Source: an uncultured Verrucomicrobiae bacterium
GTDB lineage: Bacteria > Verrucomicrobiota > Verrucomicrobiia > Opitutales > JABDGR01
Length of the DNA stretch: 64,000 nt
Assembly: GCA_963765205.1 (NCBI GenBank)
Contig: CAVXVB010000009.1
Location: 384,001 to 448,000, forward strand
Direction of reading: 5' to 3'
In this document: piece after piece, positions 11,045 to 19,287 of the stretch
Layout: each line of letters begins with the position of its first letter
Numbering within the stretch: position 1 is the first letter of the stretch
Translations under genes and position numbers: made by a program
Notes under the pieces: model-generated
What the model was told of the DNA's origin: nothing
The model's database searches: none
The model's input: only the letters and a program-made list of their open reading frames with translations

Positions 11045-11802
11045 GGTGCTTTGGAAGCCAGAACAGGTGGGAATTTGGCGCGGGCGGCTTTGAGGGCGGC
11101 CTCGAGGCGGACGGCGAGGGTGTCGCCGGGCGGCGGGGGCACGGCGGCCGCTTGGGTGAAGAGTTGGACACAGGTGGCGTCGCCGTGGTTGAGGGCGAAC
11201 AGGCCGTCATAGTAATAGATGTCGCGCAGGGTGTCGGAGGAAAAATCCTTGGGGTTGGTCTGGAAGCGCTGGAGCAGCCAGGCGAAATCGTCGCGCGCGG
11301 TTTGCTCGCGGTCGAGGAAGGCGGGGACTTGGGAGGAATTCAGCGCGCGCACGACGCGGGCACCCACGTTGTCGGGCGCGGCCTTGACGGCGGCGTCCAT
11401 GTAGTTGAAGCCGTCATGCACCCAGCTCAGTTTGGTGAAGATGGAGGCGAATTGGGCGTAAATGGTGCAGGCGTTGCCGTAATCGGCGAAAACTTCGGCG
11501 TCCTGGGGAAGGTCCTCATGCAGGGCCTTGAACAGTTTCACCGCGGCGTCGGCAGCGTCTTCGTCGCCATCAGCGCCAAGGTCGCAGAGGATTTCGCCCA
11601 AGTGCTGGCGGAGGGTTTTGTTCTTGGGGTCGGCGGCAAGGGCTTTTTCCGTCTTGGCCCGTTCAGTCTTGGCTGCGGCGATTTGCACCTCGGGTGTTTT
11701 GGGCGGTGTGTAGTCGTCCGCGCGCAATCCCGGCGCGGCGGCCAAGGCCGCGCCAAGGCCGCAAGCCAGCGCAAAGGCCGCGCGGTGAACGGGACGGAAC
11801 AT
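11041..11802 (-). CDS. Exported TPR-like helical hypothetical protein
   Basis: Signal peptide and helical-repeat pattern ([12 protein letters not shown]); overlaps the hpt start. Confidence 0.7.
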   Translation of the reverse strand: MFRPVHRAAFALACGLGAALAAAPGLRADDYTPPKTPEVQIAAAKTERAKTEKALAADPKNKTLRQHLGEILCDLGADGDEDAADAAVKLFKALHEDLPQDAEVFADYGNACTIYAQFASIFTKLSWVHDGFNYMDAAVKAAPDNVGARVVRALNSSQVPAFLDREQTARDDFAWLLQRFQTNPKDFSSDTLRDIYYYDGLFALNHGDATCVQLFTQAAAVPPPPGDTLAVRLEAALKAARAKFPPVLASKAP

Positions 11803-11939
11803 CCCAGTAAACAATCGGGCGGGGGGGCCAGGAGTCAAGATTCTAACGCCGCAAGGCAGGCTGGCGTATGTGACAATTCAAAGGCGGAACCGACGAATGG
11901 TTTTGACTTGGCGCGGCGGAGGTCGTCACTTTTCAGGCC

Positions 11940-13040
11940 ATGATTGCCGTGCACATGGAAAACCTGGTGAAGCGTTTTGGGCCGGTCGCGGCGCTCAACG
12001 GCGTGGACTTGACTGTCGAGCAGGGCGAGCTTTTTTTCCTGCTCGGCCCGAGCGGGGCGGGCAAGACGACGCTCTTGCGCTGCCTGGCGGGTTTGACGCT
12101 GCCGGACGAGGGGCGCATCTGGTTTGGCGACGAGGAGGTCACGCGTCTGGAGCCGAATCTGCGCCAGACGGGCATGGTTTTCCAGAATTACGCGCTATGG
12201 CCGCATTTGAGTGTGGCCGATAATATCGGCTTCGGCCTCAAGCAGCAGCGGCGGCCGCGCGAGGAAATTGCCGAGCGGGTGGGCGAGGCGCTGGCGGCGG
12301 TGCGCCTGACGGGGCAGGAGGCCGCGCGCGTCCAGCAACTTTCTGGCGGGCAGCAGCAGCGTGTCGCTCTCGCGCGGGCTTTCGTCACGCGGCCACGCTG
12401 CCTGTTGCTCGACGAGCCCCTGTCAAACCTTGATGCGCGATTGCGTCAGGAATTGCGGGCGGAAATCCGGCGCATTTGCAAAGAGTCCGGACTGACGACG
12501 ATCTATGTGACTCACGACCAGAAGGAGGCGCTCTCGCTGGGCGACCGTGTCGCGGTGCTGGTTGAGGGGCGGGTGCGACAGGTCGGGCCGCCGCGCGAAG
12601 TCTATCGCCGGCCGCGGGACCGGTTTGTGGCGGACTTTATCGGCGAGACGAATTTACTCGAAGGTGAAGTGCGGGAGGTCGGCGCGGGCGCGGCCTGGGT
12701 GCGCACGAGCGCCGGTGATTTTCAGGGCGCGCTGGCCGACCCCGCAGTCGAGCCTGCCGTGGGTGCCAAAGTTTTATTGTCCATTCGGCCCGAGGTGCTG
12801 CGGTTGCTCGACGAGCCGGCGGAGGAAAACACGCTGACTGGGCGCATCGGTGGGGTCACGTATTTCGGCGACAGCGCGTTGTTCGAGTTCGAGGCGGTGG
12901 GGCGGGATGGTTTGGCGCTCACGCTGCCGCGTCTGCGCATTTGCGAGCTGAACCCGCGCTCGTGGGAGGGACGCTGCAAGAAAACTCTTTTTGCGTATGC
13001 GGATGCCGATGATGTGGTCGTGCTGCCGGTGGCTGGATGA
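11940..13040 (+). CDS. ABC transporter ATP-binding protein (PotA/FbpC-like, TOBE domain)
   Basis: GPSGAGKT, LSGGQQQRVALARA, LLLDEP, VTHDQ. Confidence 0.93.
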   Translation: MIAVHMENLVKRFGPVAALNGVDLTVEQGELFFLLGPSGAGKTTLLRCLAGLTLPDEGRIWFGDEEVTRLEPNLRQTGMVFQNYALWPHLSVADNIGFGLKQQRRPREEIAERVGEALAAVRLTGQEAARVQQLSGGQQQRVALARAFVTRPRCLLLDEPLSNLDARLRQELRAEIRRICKESGLTTIYVTHDQKEALSLGDRVAVLVEGRVRQVGPPREVYRRPRDRFVADFIGETNLLEGEVREVGAGAAWVRTSAGDFQGALADPAVEPAVGAKVLLSIRPEVLRLLDEPAEENTLTGRIGGVTYFGDSALFEFEAVGRDGLALTLPRLRICELNPRSWEGRCKKTLFAYADADDVVVLPVAG

Positions 13041-13092
13041 TCGCCCGAGTTGGGACTTGCCGGATGAGGAGATAAGGGCAAAATCATGCCGC

Positions 13093-13740
13093 ATGGAGGC
13101 TCCTTGCCAGGAAAAGGTAATTGCGCCGGCCAACCGCATTTGGCGGGATGGCGAGGGCTTGGTCTTGTCCAAGAAAGCACCGGCGCGGCTGCCGGCGCGC
13201 TGCGTGAAGTGCAACGCGCCCGCGGCGGACGGCGAAGTCACGCGGCAGGTATATTGGATACCGAGTAAGTATCACAAAACCAATCAACTGCTTGATTTCC
13301 TCATTTTATTTTTCCCGGTCAACGGTCTGGTGGGGGTTGCGATCGTCCGCACGCTGACGGAATATAAAGTGACGCCGGTCGTCTATTGTGTTTGCCGAAC
13401 GCATCAAGCCCGGCGTCGCCGGGCGATATGGATAATGGCCGCGCTTTGTGTGGGGTTTGTCTGCGCCGAGTCTTTGCTTATAGCCCTAATCCAAAGCAAT
13501 CACCCAATTTATGCACAATACCCAATGCCGGTAAAGATACTCGCCGTGCTGATGCCGGTTTGCGCGCTATTATCGCTGCTTTATGGCGCGGTGGCGACAC
13601 GCCGGATTTTCCCGCTGGGAACCCAGGATCGGGATGACGACATCATGAAACTGGGTGGTTTTGGTTCTGAATTCATCGAGGGATTTCCCGATTACCAAAA
13701 TGAGTTGGCGGACTGGAATAACAATCCGGTGGCGAACTGA
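13093..13740 (+). CDS. Hypothetical membrane protein with a Cys motif
   Basis: LPARCVKCNAP ... VCRTH plus three TM segments; lower GC than neighbours; start chosen at MEAPC. Confidence 0.65.
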   Translation: MEAPCQEKVIAPANRIWRDGEGLVLSKKAPARLPARCVKCNAPAADGEVTRQVYWIPSKYHKTNQLLDFLILFFPVNGLVGVAIVRTLTEYKVTPVVYCVCRTHQARRRRAIWIMAALCVGFVCAESLLIALIQSNHPIYAQYPMPVKILAVLMPVCALLSLLYGAVATRRIFPLGTQDRDDDIMKLGGFGSEFIEGFPDYQNELADWNNNPVAN

Positions 13741-13748
13741 ATTGGGCG

Positions 13749-14717
13749 ATGTTTACGGCCAGACAATATTACCGGGGTTGGGCGGCACTGCTGGCGTTGG
13801 CGCTGGCGTGGGCGGGCTGTGGTAAACCGGCAATTGCGCCGATGGATTTGCCTGCGGGCACGAATGTCACCACCCTGACAGATGGCGCGGGGCGCATCGT
13901 GCAAATTCCGGCGACGCCGCGACGCATCGTGAGTTTGTCGCCGGCGGCGACCGATATTTTGGAAATCTCGTTGAACGCCCATGCCGAGGTGGCGGGGGTG
14001 ACGCGCTATTGCCACATTCCAGCGGAGGATGAAAAGCGCGTCGCCCGCGTCGGCGGGGTGGTGGACCCGGATTACGAGCGCATCCTGGCGCTCCAGCCTG
14101 ACTTGGTGATAGCGCCATGGCTGGCGGACAAAACTTTGCAGGAGAAGTTGCAGGCGCTGGGCTTGCCGGTCGTGGTCTTGCATCCGGAAGGATTGCAGGG
14201 TGTGCTTGATGACCTGCGGATGTTGGGGCAGGCGACGGGACACGCCGCTGCGGGTGAGGCCACCGCTAAAAAGATCGACGACATTCGCGCGCTGACCGCA
14301 AGCCGGTGGGGGAGCGTGCCGGAGAACCAGCGTCCGCGCGTGCTGATCCGCATGGGCGACACCAGCCCCGCGCCGGGTTCTTATGTGGATGATTTATTGA
14401 CGGCGGCGGGTGGGCGCAATGTGTTGCTGCGCGGGTCGAAGGCGTGGGTCGAGGTTTCGTCGGAAGGCGCGCTGCAATTGGCGCCCGACGTCATTGTGGA
14501 TATTCTTGAGCCGGACTCGCCTGCGCCGGCCATGGGGTTGGAAAAATCGGCGGCGGACGGAGGCGTGCGGGTCGTGACTATCAGCGCGGGGGATGAATTT
14601 TATCGTCCCGGGCCGAGCGTGGGTGTGGCGTTGTGGGAATTGGCGCGAGTGCTCGATCCGACGCAGTTCCCCGAAGCCACCCCACCCGTCGGCGACCAAA
14701 CAGTGCCGACGCGGTGA
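13749..14717 (+). CDS. BtuF/TroA-like helical-backbone substrate-binding lipoprotein
   Basis: Lipobox AWAGC; PRRIVSLSPAATDIL, ERILALQPDLVI, RPGP. Confidence 0.87.
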   Translation: MFTARQYYRGWAALLALALAWAGCGKPAIAPMDLPAGTNVTTLTDGAGRIVQIPATPRRIVSLSPAATDILEISLNAHAEVAGVTRYCHIPAEDEKRVARVGGVVDPDYERILALQPDLVIAPWLADKTLQEKLQALGLPVVVLHPEGLQGVLDDLRMLGQATGHAAAGEATAKKIDDIRALTASRWGSVPENQRPRVLIRMGDTSPAPGSYVDDLLTAAGGRNVLLRGSKAWVEVSSEGALQLAPDVIVDILEPDSPAPAMGLEKSAADGGVRVVTISAGDEFYRPGPSVGVALWELARVLDPTQFPEATPPVGDQTVPTR

Positions 14718-14727
14718 CCGGGAGAAG

Positions 14728-14919
14728 CTACTGTATTTTTGCGCCGCGCGCCTTGAGATGGCGGGCGATAGCGCGCACCACCATTTCGCGAAAGCGCCCC
14801 GTGTGCGGCAAATCCTTGGTAACGGATTCCAAATCAATTTCGACGCCGGTAAGGTCTTGAGGCAAGGCCAGAGCTTGCAGCCAGACGGTCGCTGTTTGTT
14901 TGGCGTCTTTCCAGGACAT
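14728..14919 (-). CDS. Small hypothetical protein (63 aa)
   Basis: ATG ORF MSWKDAK...ARGAKIQ fills an otherwise empty gap, has protein-like composition, and is preceded by an AT-rich repeat array. Confidence 0.5.
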   Translation of the reverse strand: MSWKDAKQTATVWLQALALPQDLTGVEIDLESVTKDLPHTGRFREMVVRAIARHLKARGAKIQ

Positions 14920-14965
14920 TTTGGGAGCAGGTGGTTGTAAAAAAATGCTGGACGAGAAGATCAAA

Positions 14966-15031
14966 AACTAGGGGATATTTGTCTATAAACTAGGTGTTTA
15001 TACTGGATGAACTAGGTGTTAATACCTAGTT
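14966..15031. promoter_or_regulatory. Phased AACTAGG operator-like array
   Basis: AACTAGG at 14966, 14988 and 15010 (22-bp period) plus inverted CCTAGTT at 15025-15031. Confidence 0.55.
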
Positions 15032-15141
15032 TGTCAAATGGTCTTTTTGTTAAAAATTTAGCAAAAACTTCATCTTCATTGTGGTTGGCATTACGCGCTC
15101 TACTTAGTCTGGTTTAGAGCCGGGGTGGACTTGGTGGAAAC

Positions 15142-15170
15142 TTGCCAGCGGCGGTTAGGGGCGCTAGTGT
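15142..15170 (+). promoter_or_regulatory. Sigma70-like promoter of the SCO gene
   Basis: TTGCCA-17 bp-TAGTGT, ending 6 nt before ATG 15177. Confidence 0.5.
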
Positions 15171-15176
15171 GCGATC

Positions 15177-16082
15177 ATGCCGAGGAGTTTTATTCGTCGA
15201 AACTACGGCCCATGGCTTTGGCCAGGGGTGGTGGCCGGGCTGTTGGCAGGGGTGGTTTCTGCGCGCGGGCAGGATGTGACGGTGCAGGTGGTCGCCGCCG
15301 ACCCCAAAGCTTACACCCTGACCGTCAAGGGCGCGGGGTTGCCGGAGCCGGGCAAGGATGGCACCGAGGTCGTGAAAGTGACGGAGGGGGACGCCGAGGT
15401 GGGGTATGCGGGCCACCGTGTGCAGGGCGAGTTGAGCAAAAGCGGCGGCCTATGGCGGCTCGACAATATCTGGCCGGCCGACCCGGCGATGACTAACGCG
15501 GCGGCGGACGGTTCGGCGCAGATGCAACGCGACTTGGTTGAATTGGGCCGCCAGTCCATCCGTGGCGTGGGTGATACATTGCCGGCTTTTGCGCTCTACA
15601 ACCAGAATGGCGAAGTGGTGCGGCCGCAGACGCTGCGCGGTCGGCGGCTGGTCATCAATTTCATTTTCACGCGCTGCGCCAACCCGACCATGTGCCCGGC
15701 CAACACCCAGCGCATGGCCAAATTGCAAAAGGAGGTCAAGGCAGCGAAAATTGACAACGTCACCTTCGTCACCGTCACGATTGATCCGGAGCACGACACG
15801 CCGGGCGCGTTGCGCCAATACGCCGACGACTACAACCTGGATTTGAGCAATTTCCAACTCCTGACCGGGCCGGCAGATGAAGTGGCGGCCGCGCTCCAGC
15901 AATTCGGCATCCTCGTCAAGCAGGAGAACGGCACACTGCTCCACACGCTCGCCTTGTTGATCGTCAGCCCGGAAGGGCGGATCGTGTATCGCAAGGATGG
16001 CGACCTGTGGCTGGTGAGTGAAGTATTTGACCGACTGAAACCGCCCGCGCCTGCGCCGGCGGCCAAACCAGCGGGGAGTTAG
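15177..16082 (+). CDS. SCO1/SenC family copper chaperone with an extra N-terminal domain
   Basis: Signal peptide; FIFTRCANPTMCP, VTIDPEHDTP and LLHT SCO motifs. Confidence 0.9.
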   Translation: MPRSFIRRNYGPWLWPGVVAGLLAGVVSARGQDVTVQVVAADPKAYTLTVKGAGLPEPGKDGTEVVKVTEGDAEVGYAGHRVQGELSKSGGLWRLDNIWPADPAMTNAAADGSAQMQRDLVELGRQSIRGVGDTLPAFALYNQNGEVVRPQTLRGRRLVINFIFTRCANPTMCPANTQRMAKLQKEVKAAKIDNVTFVTVTIDPEHDTPGALRQYADDYNLDLSNFQLLTGPADEVAAALQQFGILVKQENGTLLHTLALLIVSPEGRIVYRKDGDLWLVSEVFDRLKPPAPAPAAKPAGS

Positions 16083-16098
16083 GCTGAATCTGATACTC

Positions 16099-16992
16099 AT
16101 GCGCACAATGATCCATATCGGTTTGCTAACGGCGCTCTTCGCGGGCACCTACGTGGCGATGCGCAAAATTCCCGCCAGCAACTGCAATTTCCTGCATTAC
16201 GAACAGACGGTCGTGACGGCCGATGGGAACCAATACTGCGGTTCGGGCGCGGCTTATTTTGTGGATTTGCAAAAGCTGCCGTTTCCCGTCGCGGTCAAGC
16301 TCACGGCCGATCAGGCGCCCGAGCCGGGCGTCGCGGCGAATTACACGCTGCAGCTCCAGACGAGCTACGGTGAGACGCTGCGGCCCTCGGAGCTGGCGGT
16401 GACGCAGACGCAGAAGCTGCACTTGTTGGTGGTGGACGCCAGCCTCGAAGACTACCAGCACATCCACCCCGTGCCGGATGGCGATTCGGGCGATTGGACG
16501 TTTTCCTTCACGCCGAAACGGCCCGGCCCCTACCACGTTTACGCGCAGTTCATCCCGACGCTCTCGCTGCGCGAGATGATTGGCGAGACGCAGATTGCCG
16601 TGCCGGGCAACTCGAGGCCGGCCGTGCCCCGTGGCCTCGCGCCGTTCAAGGACGGTGATTATGTTTTTAACCTGAACGCGTCGGAGGAACCCTTCGAAGT
16701 CGGCACGAGCGAGACGCTGACGTTGTCCGTGCAGCGCGGGGACGGCGGCCCGGTGCAGTTGCAACCAGTGATGGGCACGCTGGCGCATTTGGTGGCGTTC
16801 GACCCGACACGCGACGGCGTGGCGCACCTGCATCCGACGCTCACCGGCCAGGAAACCGACCCGACGCGTCCCACCTTGTCCTTTGTCATCAACTTCACGG
16901 AAACCGGCCACTACCGCATCTGGGCCCAGGTGAAACTGGATGGTGTCGAACGCTACGTGCCGTTTGATATTGACGTGGCGCAGGCGAGTTAG
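16099..16992 (+). CDS. Exported His-rich putative heavy-metal-binding protein
   Basis: Two internal repeats, LHLLVVD..YQHIHP and AHLVAFD..AHLHP; directly follows the SCO gene. Confidence 0.75.
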   Translation: MRTMIHIGLLTALFAGTYVAMRKIPASNCNFLHYEQTVVTADGNQYCGSGAAYFVDLQKLPFPVAVKLTADQAPEPGVAANYTLQLQTSYGETLRPSELAVTQTQKLHLLVVDASLEDYQHIHPVPDGDSGDWTFSFTPKRPGPYHVYAQFIPTLSLREMIGETQIAVPGNSRPAVPRGLAPFKDGDYVFNLNASEEPFEVGTSETLTLSVQRGDGGPVQLQPVMGTLAHLVAFDPTRDGVAHLHPTLTGQETDPTRPTLSFVINFTETGHYRIWAQVKLDGVERYVPFDIDVAQAS

Positions 16993-17154
16993 ATGGTTTG
17001 CAACCTTTTAAGCTGGGGCGAGAATAGACAGGGTTGTCTTTAGGTAATGGACTGTACCCCTCCCCCCTCCCCTATAAACACTAGACAACTCTGTCTAGTG
17101 GTGCAGGAAGCAAAGGCGGCGCGTGGGTGTTGGTTAATTCGTCGCAGGATAGGC

Positions 17155-18183
17155 TAGAGCATTTTCGATTTAGATAGACGCATATTGGGCATGACCAAAG
17201 AAGCCTTGGCAATGGGTGGAGGTGAAGGAGGCGAGGGCTGGAACCAAAGCGGTTTGGAGGTCCGTGAGGGTTCGTGCGGCGGCTTGCCGAAGATGGGCTT
17301 TGAGTTTGGCGAAGGCCTGTTCGATGGGGTTGAGATCGGGGCTATACGGCGGCAGATAGCGCACGCGGGCGCCGCGGGCGGCCAGCACCGCGGCGACGCT
17401 GGCCGTTTTGTGGGTGGCGAGGTTGTCGAGGATCACGGTGTCGCCCTCCCGCAATTCCGGGCCGAGCACTTGTTGGAGGTAGGCGGTGAACACGTCGGTG
17501 TCCACTGCGCCTTCGATCAGAAAAGGCGCAGTCACGGCGTCCACGCGCAACGCGGCGATAAAGGTGGAAGTGTGCCAGTGCCCGTGGGGCACGCGCCCGA
17601 GGCAACGCTGGCTGCGCGGGGCCCGCCCATACAGCCGCGCCATCTTGGTGTTCAAGCCGGTCTCGTCGATGAAGACCAACCGTCGGCTGTCCCAGCTGGG
17701 CTGATCCTGGCGCCACTGGTGCCGGGCCGCTTTAACGTCGGGTCGATCTTGCTCGGCGGCGCGCGTCGTTTTTTTTATAGCTCAAGCCCAGCCGCTCCAG
17801 CCGGTGCCACAGCGCGTTGAGGCCCAGCCGCACGCCGAGTTGCTCGCGGCAGCGCGTTTGCAGTTGCGCCAGCGTCAGGTCGGGCTGCGCCGCGATCCAC
17901 GCCCGCACCTTGCGCTCATGCTCCGCCAGCCGGGAGCGGCGGCAGCCGCCGATTTGTTTCGGCCGGCAGTGGCCCCGGCGGCGGTATTGGTTCCAGAAGC
18001 GTTCGGCGCTGCTGCGGCTGACCCCAAAACGGCGGCAGACCTCGCCCGTGCCTTCCCCGGCTTCGCGCGCCCGCACGATGCGCTGGCGCAAATCTTCCGA
18101 GAGTGGTTTCATGGTGGTGGCCTCCTTTTCCACCATTATACACCGCTTTCAGCAATACGTCTATTTAAATCGAAAATGCTCTA
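17155..18183 (-). mobile_element. IS630-family insertion sequence with TA target duplication
   Basis: Terminal inverted repeats TAGAGCATTTTCGATTTA(G/A)ATAGACG (26 bp including TA, one mismatch) at 17155-17180 and 18158-18183. Confidence 0.95.
17170..18112 (-). CDS. IS630 transposase split over two frames at an A8 run (17769-17776)
   Basis: HTH ORF MKPLSEDLR...LSYKK; DDE ORF VFIDETG, ILDNL, LPPYSPDLNPIE. Confidence 0.92.
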
Positions 18184-18618
18184 TTCATCTGGTTCCCAAC
18201 ATAGGCGCAAATCCTCTAGGAAATCGTCTAGGGAGGCGTGATTGTTGATGAGCACATGGGTATCAAGTCTGGGACGGTTATAAAACCTAGCTAGGTTTGT
18301 GATATGTGCGACCGACAATAGCCATGCCGTATTCCCGCCATCTGTTGCCGGCGGTATAAATTTTCTAAGGACATTCTGCATCCGTGCTATAGGATTAGGA
18401 TGATCCGGCTTTTGCCAAGGACGCTCGCCAAGGGCGAATGTACAGAGGCAACATTGCCAAACTGCTACACCAAGCATTAAGTTATCTTTAACCGCGTCTG
18501 TGCGCTTTCCGATTAAATATCTTGCCGCGAATTCGTCGCATTCGATCTCGATATTTTTTGGCGTCTTACCTTTGGAGTCAAAAATAATATGTCCTAATTC
18601 GTGAAGCACTGTTGGCAA
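18181..18618 (-). pseudogene. C-terminal fragment of an HEXXH metallopeptidase (Lit/U49-like)
   Basis: LHELGH, EIECDEFA and HPNPIAR motifs; HEXXH lies at the very start and an in-frame stop is about 10 codons upstream; low GC. Confidence 0.55.
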
Positions 18619-18956
18619 TAGGCGCGCAGTTGCCTTTTGGCGGTGTCCCTAGTAAGCCATGCCTGATAACCAGCAAAAAACACCAGGGCAACCGTCAAGA
18701 CGGCAATGGGGTCAGTTACGGCCTTGTTCCAGAGAATAGAGACCCATCCTTTGGCGGCCTGGTTGTTTGCGCCGTCTGTATCGCTATCTGCTTTTGGCTG
18801 TCCTTCATTGGTTATGACTTGCTGAACGACAAGAGAAGAATCCTGGGCTACTTCGTCTTGTTTCTGGCCTTGGCTTTTGACGTTTTTGGCGTCTGTGGTT
18901 TCCGCTGGGGATGGTTTTAAGTCCACTATTTGCGCCTGCGCCACACTACCCGCCAT
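18594..18956 (-). pseudogene. Truncated single-TM protein of the RQLRAY type
   Basis: TM helix followed by TRDTAKRQLRAY, ending 7 codons later. Confidence 0.5.
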
Positions 18957-18999
18957 TCCTGCGACACGTTCTACCGATTAGCCGCGCCCTCTATCGCCC

Positions 19000-19044
19000 C
19001 CAACCCATCAAACCCATCCAACCGATCCAACGCAGCCAACGCAT
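19000..19044. repeat. Five degenerate 9-bp tandem units (CCAACSCAT)
   Basis: CCAACCCAT CAAACCCAT CCAACCGAT CCAACGCAG CCAACGCAT. Confidence 0.7.
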
Positions 19045-19047
19045 CGT

Positions 19048-19076
19048 TGGACAAGTGGCCCGGTTTCGATTATACT
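19048..19076 (+). promoter_or_regulatory. Near-consensus sigma70 promoter
   Basis: TGGACA-17 bp-TATACT, ending 7 nt before ATG 19084. Confidence 0.5.
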
Positions 19077-19287
19077 CCGCGCCATGAATCCGCACCCCCC
19101 CCAGCCCGAGCGATGCCCAACGGCTCTGCCCCTCGGCACTGTTCTGGGCAGCCTGAGCGAAGGCGAAGGCCCCCCAAAAAAGACCAAATCCGACCTCGAT
19201 TAACAGGGGGGGGCCCACGACTCTTAACGTCTTTCTCCTACCTCCTACATTCCCCCCCTCTTCCCCCCTCCGTCTCCCTCACCCCCA

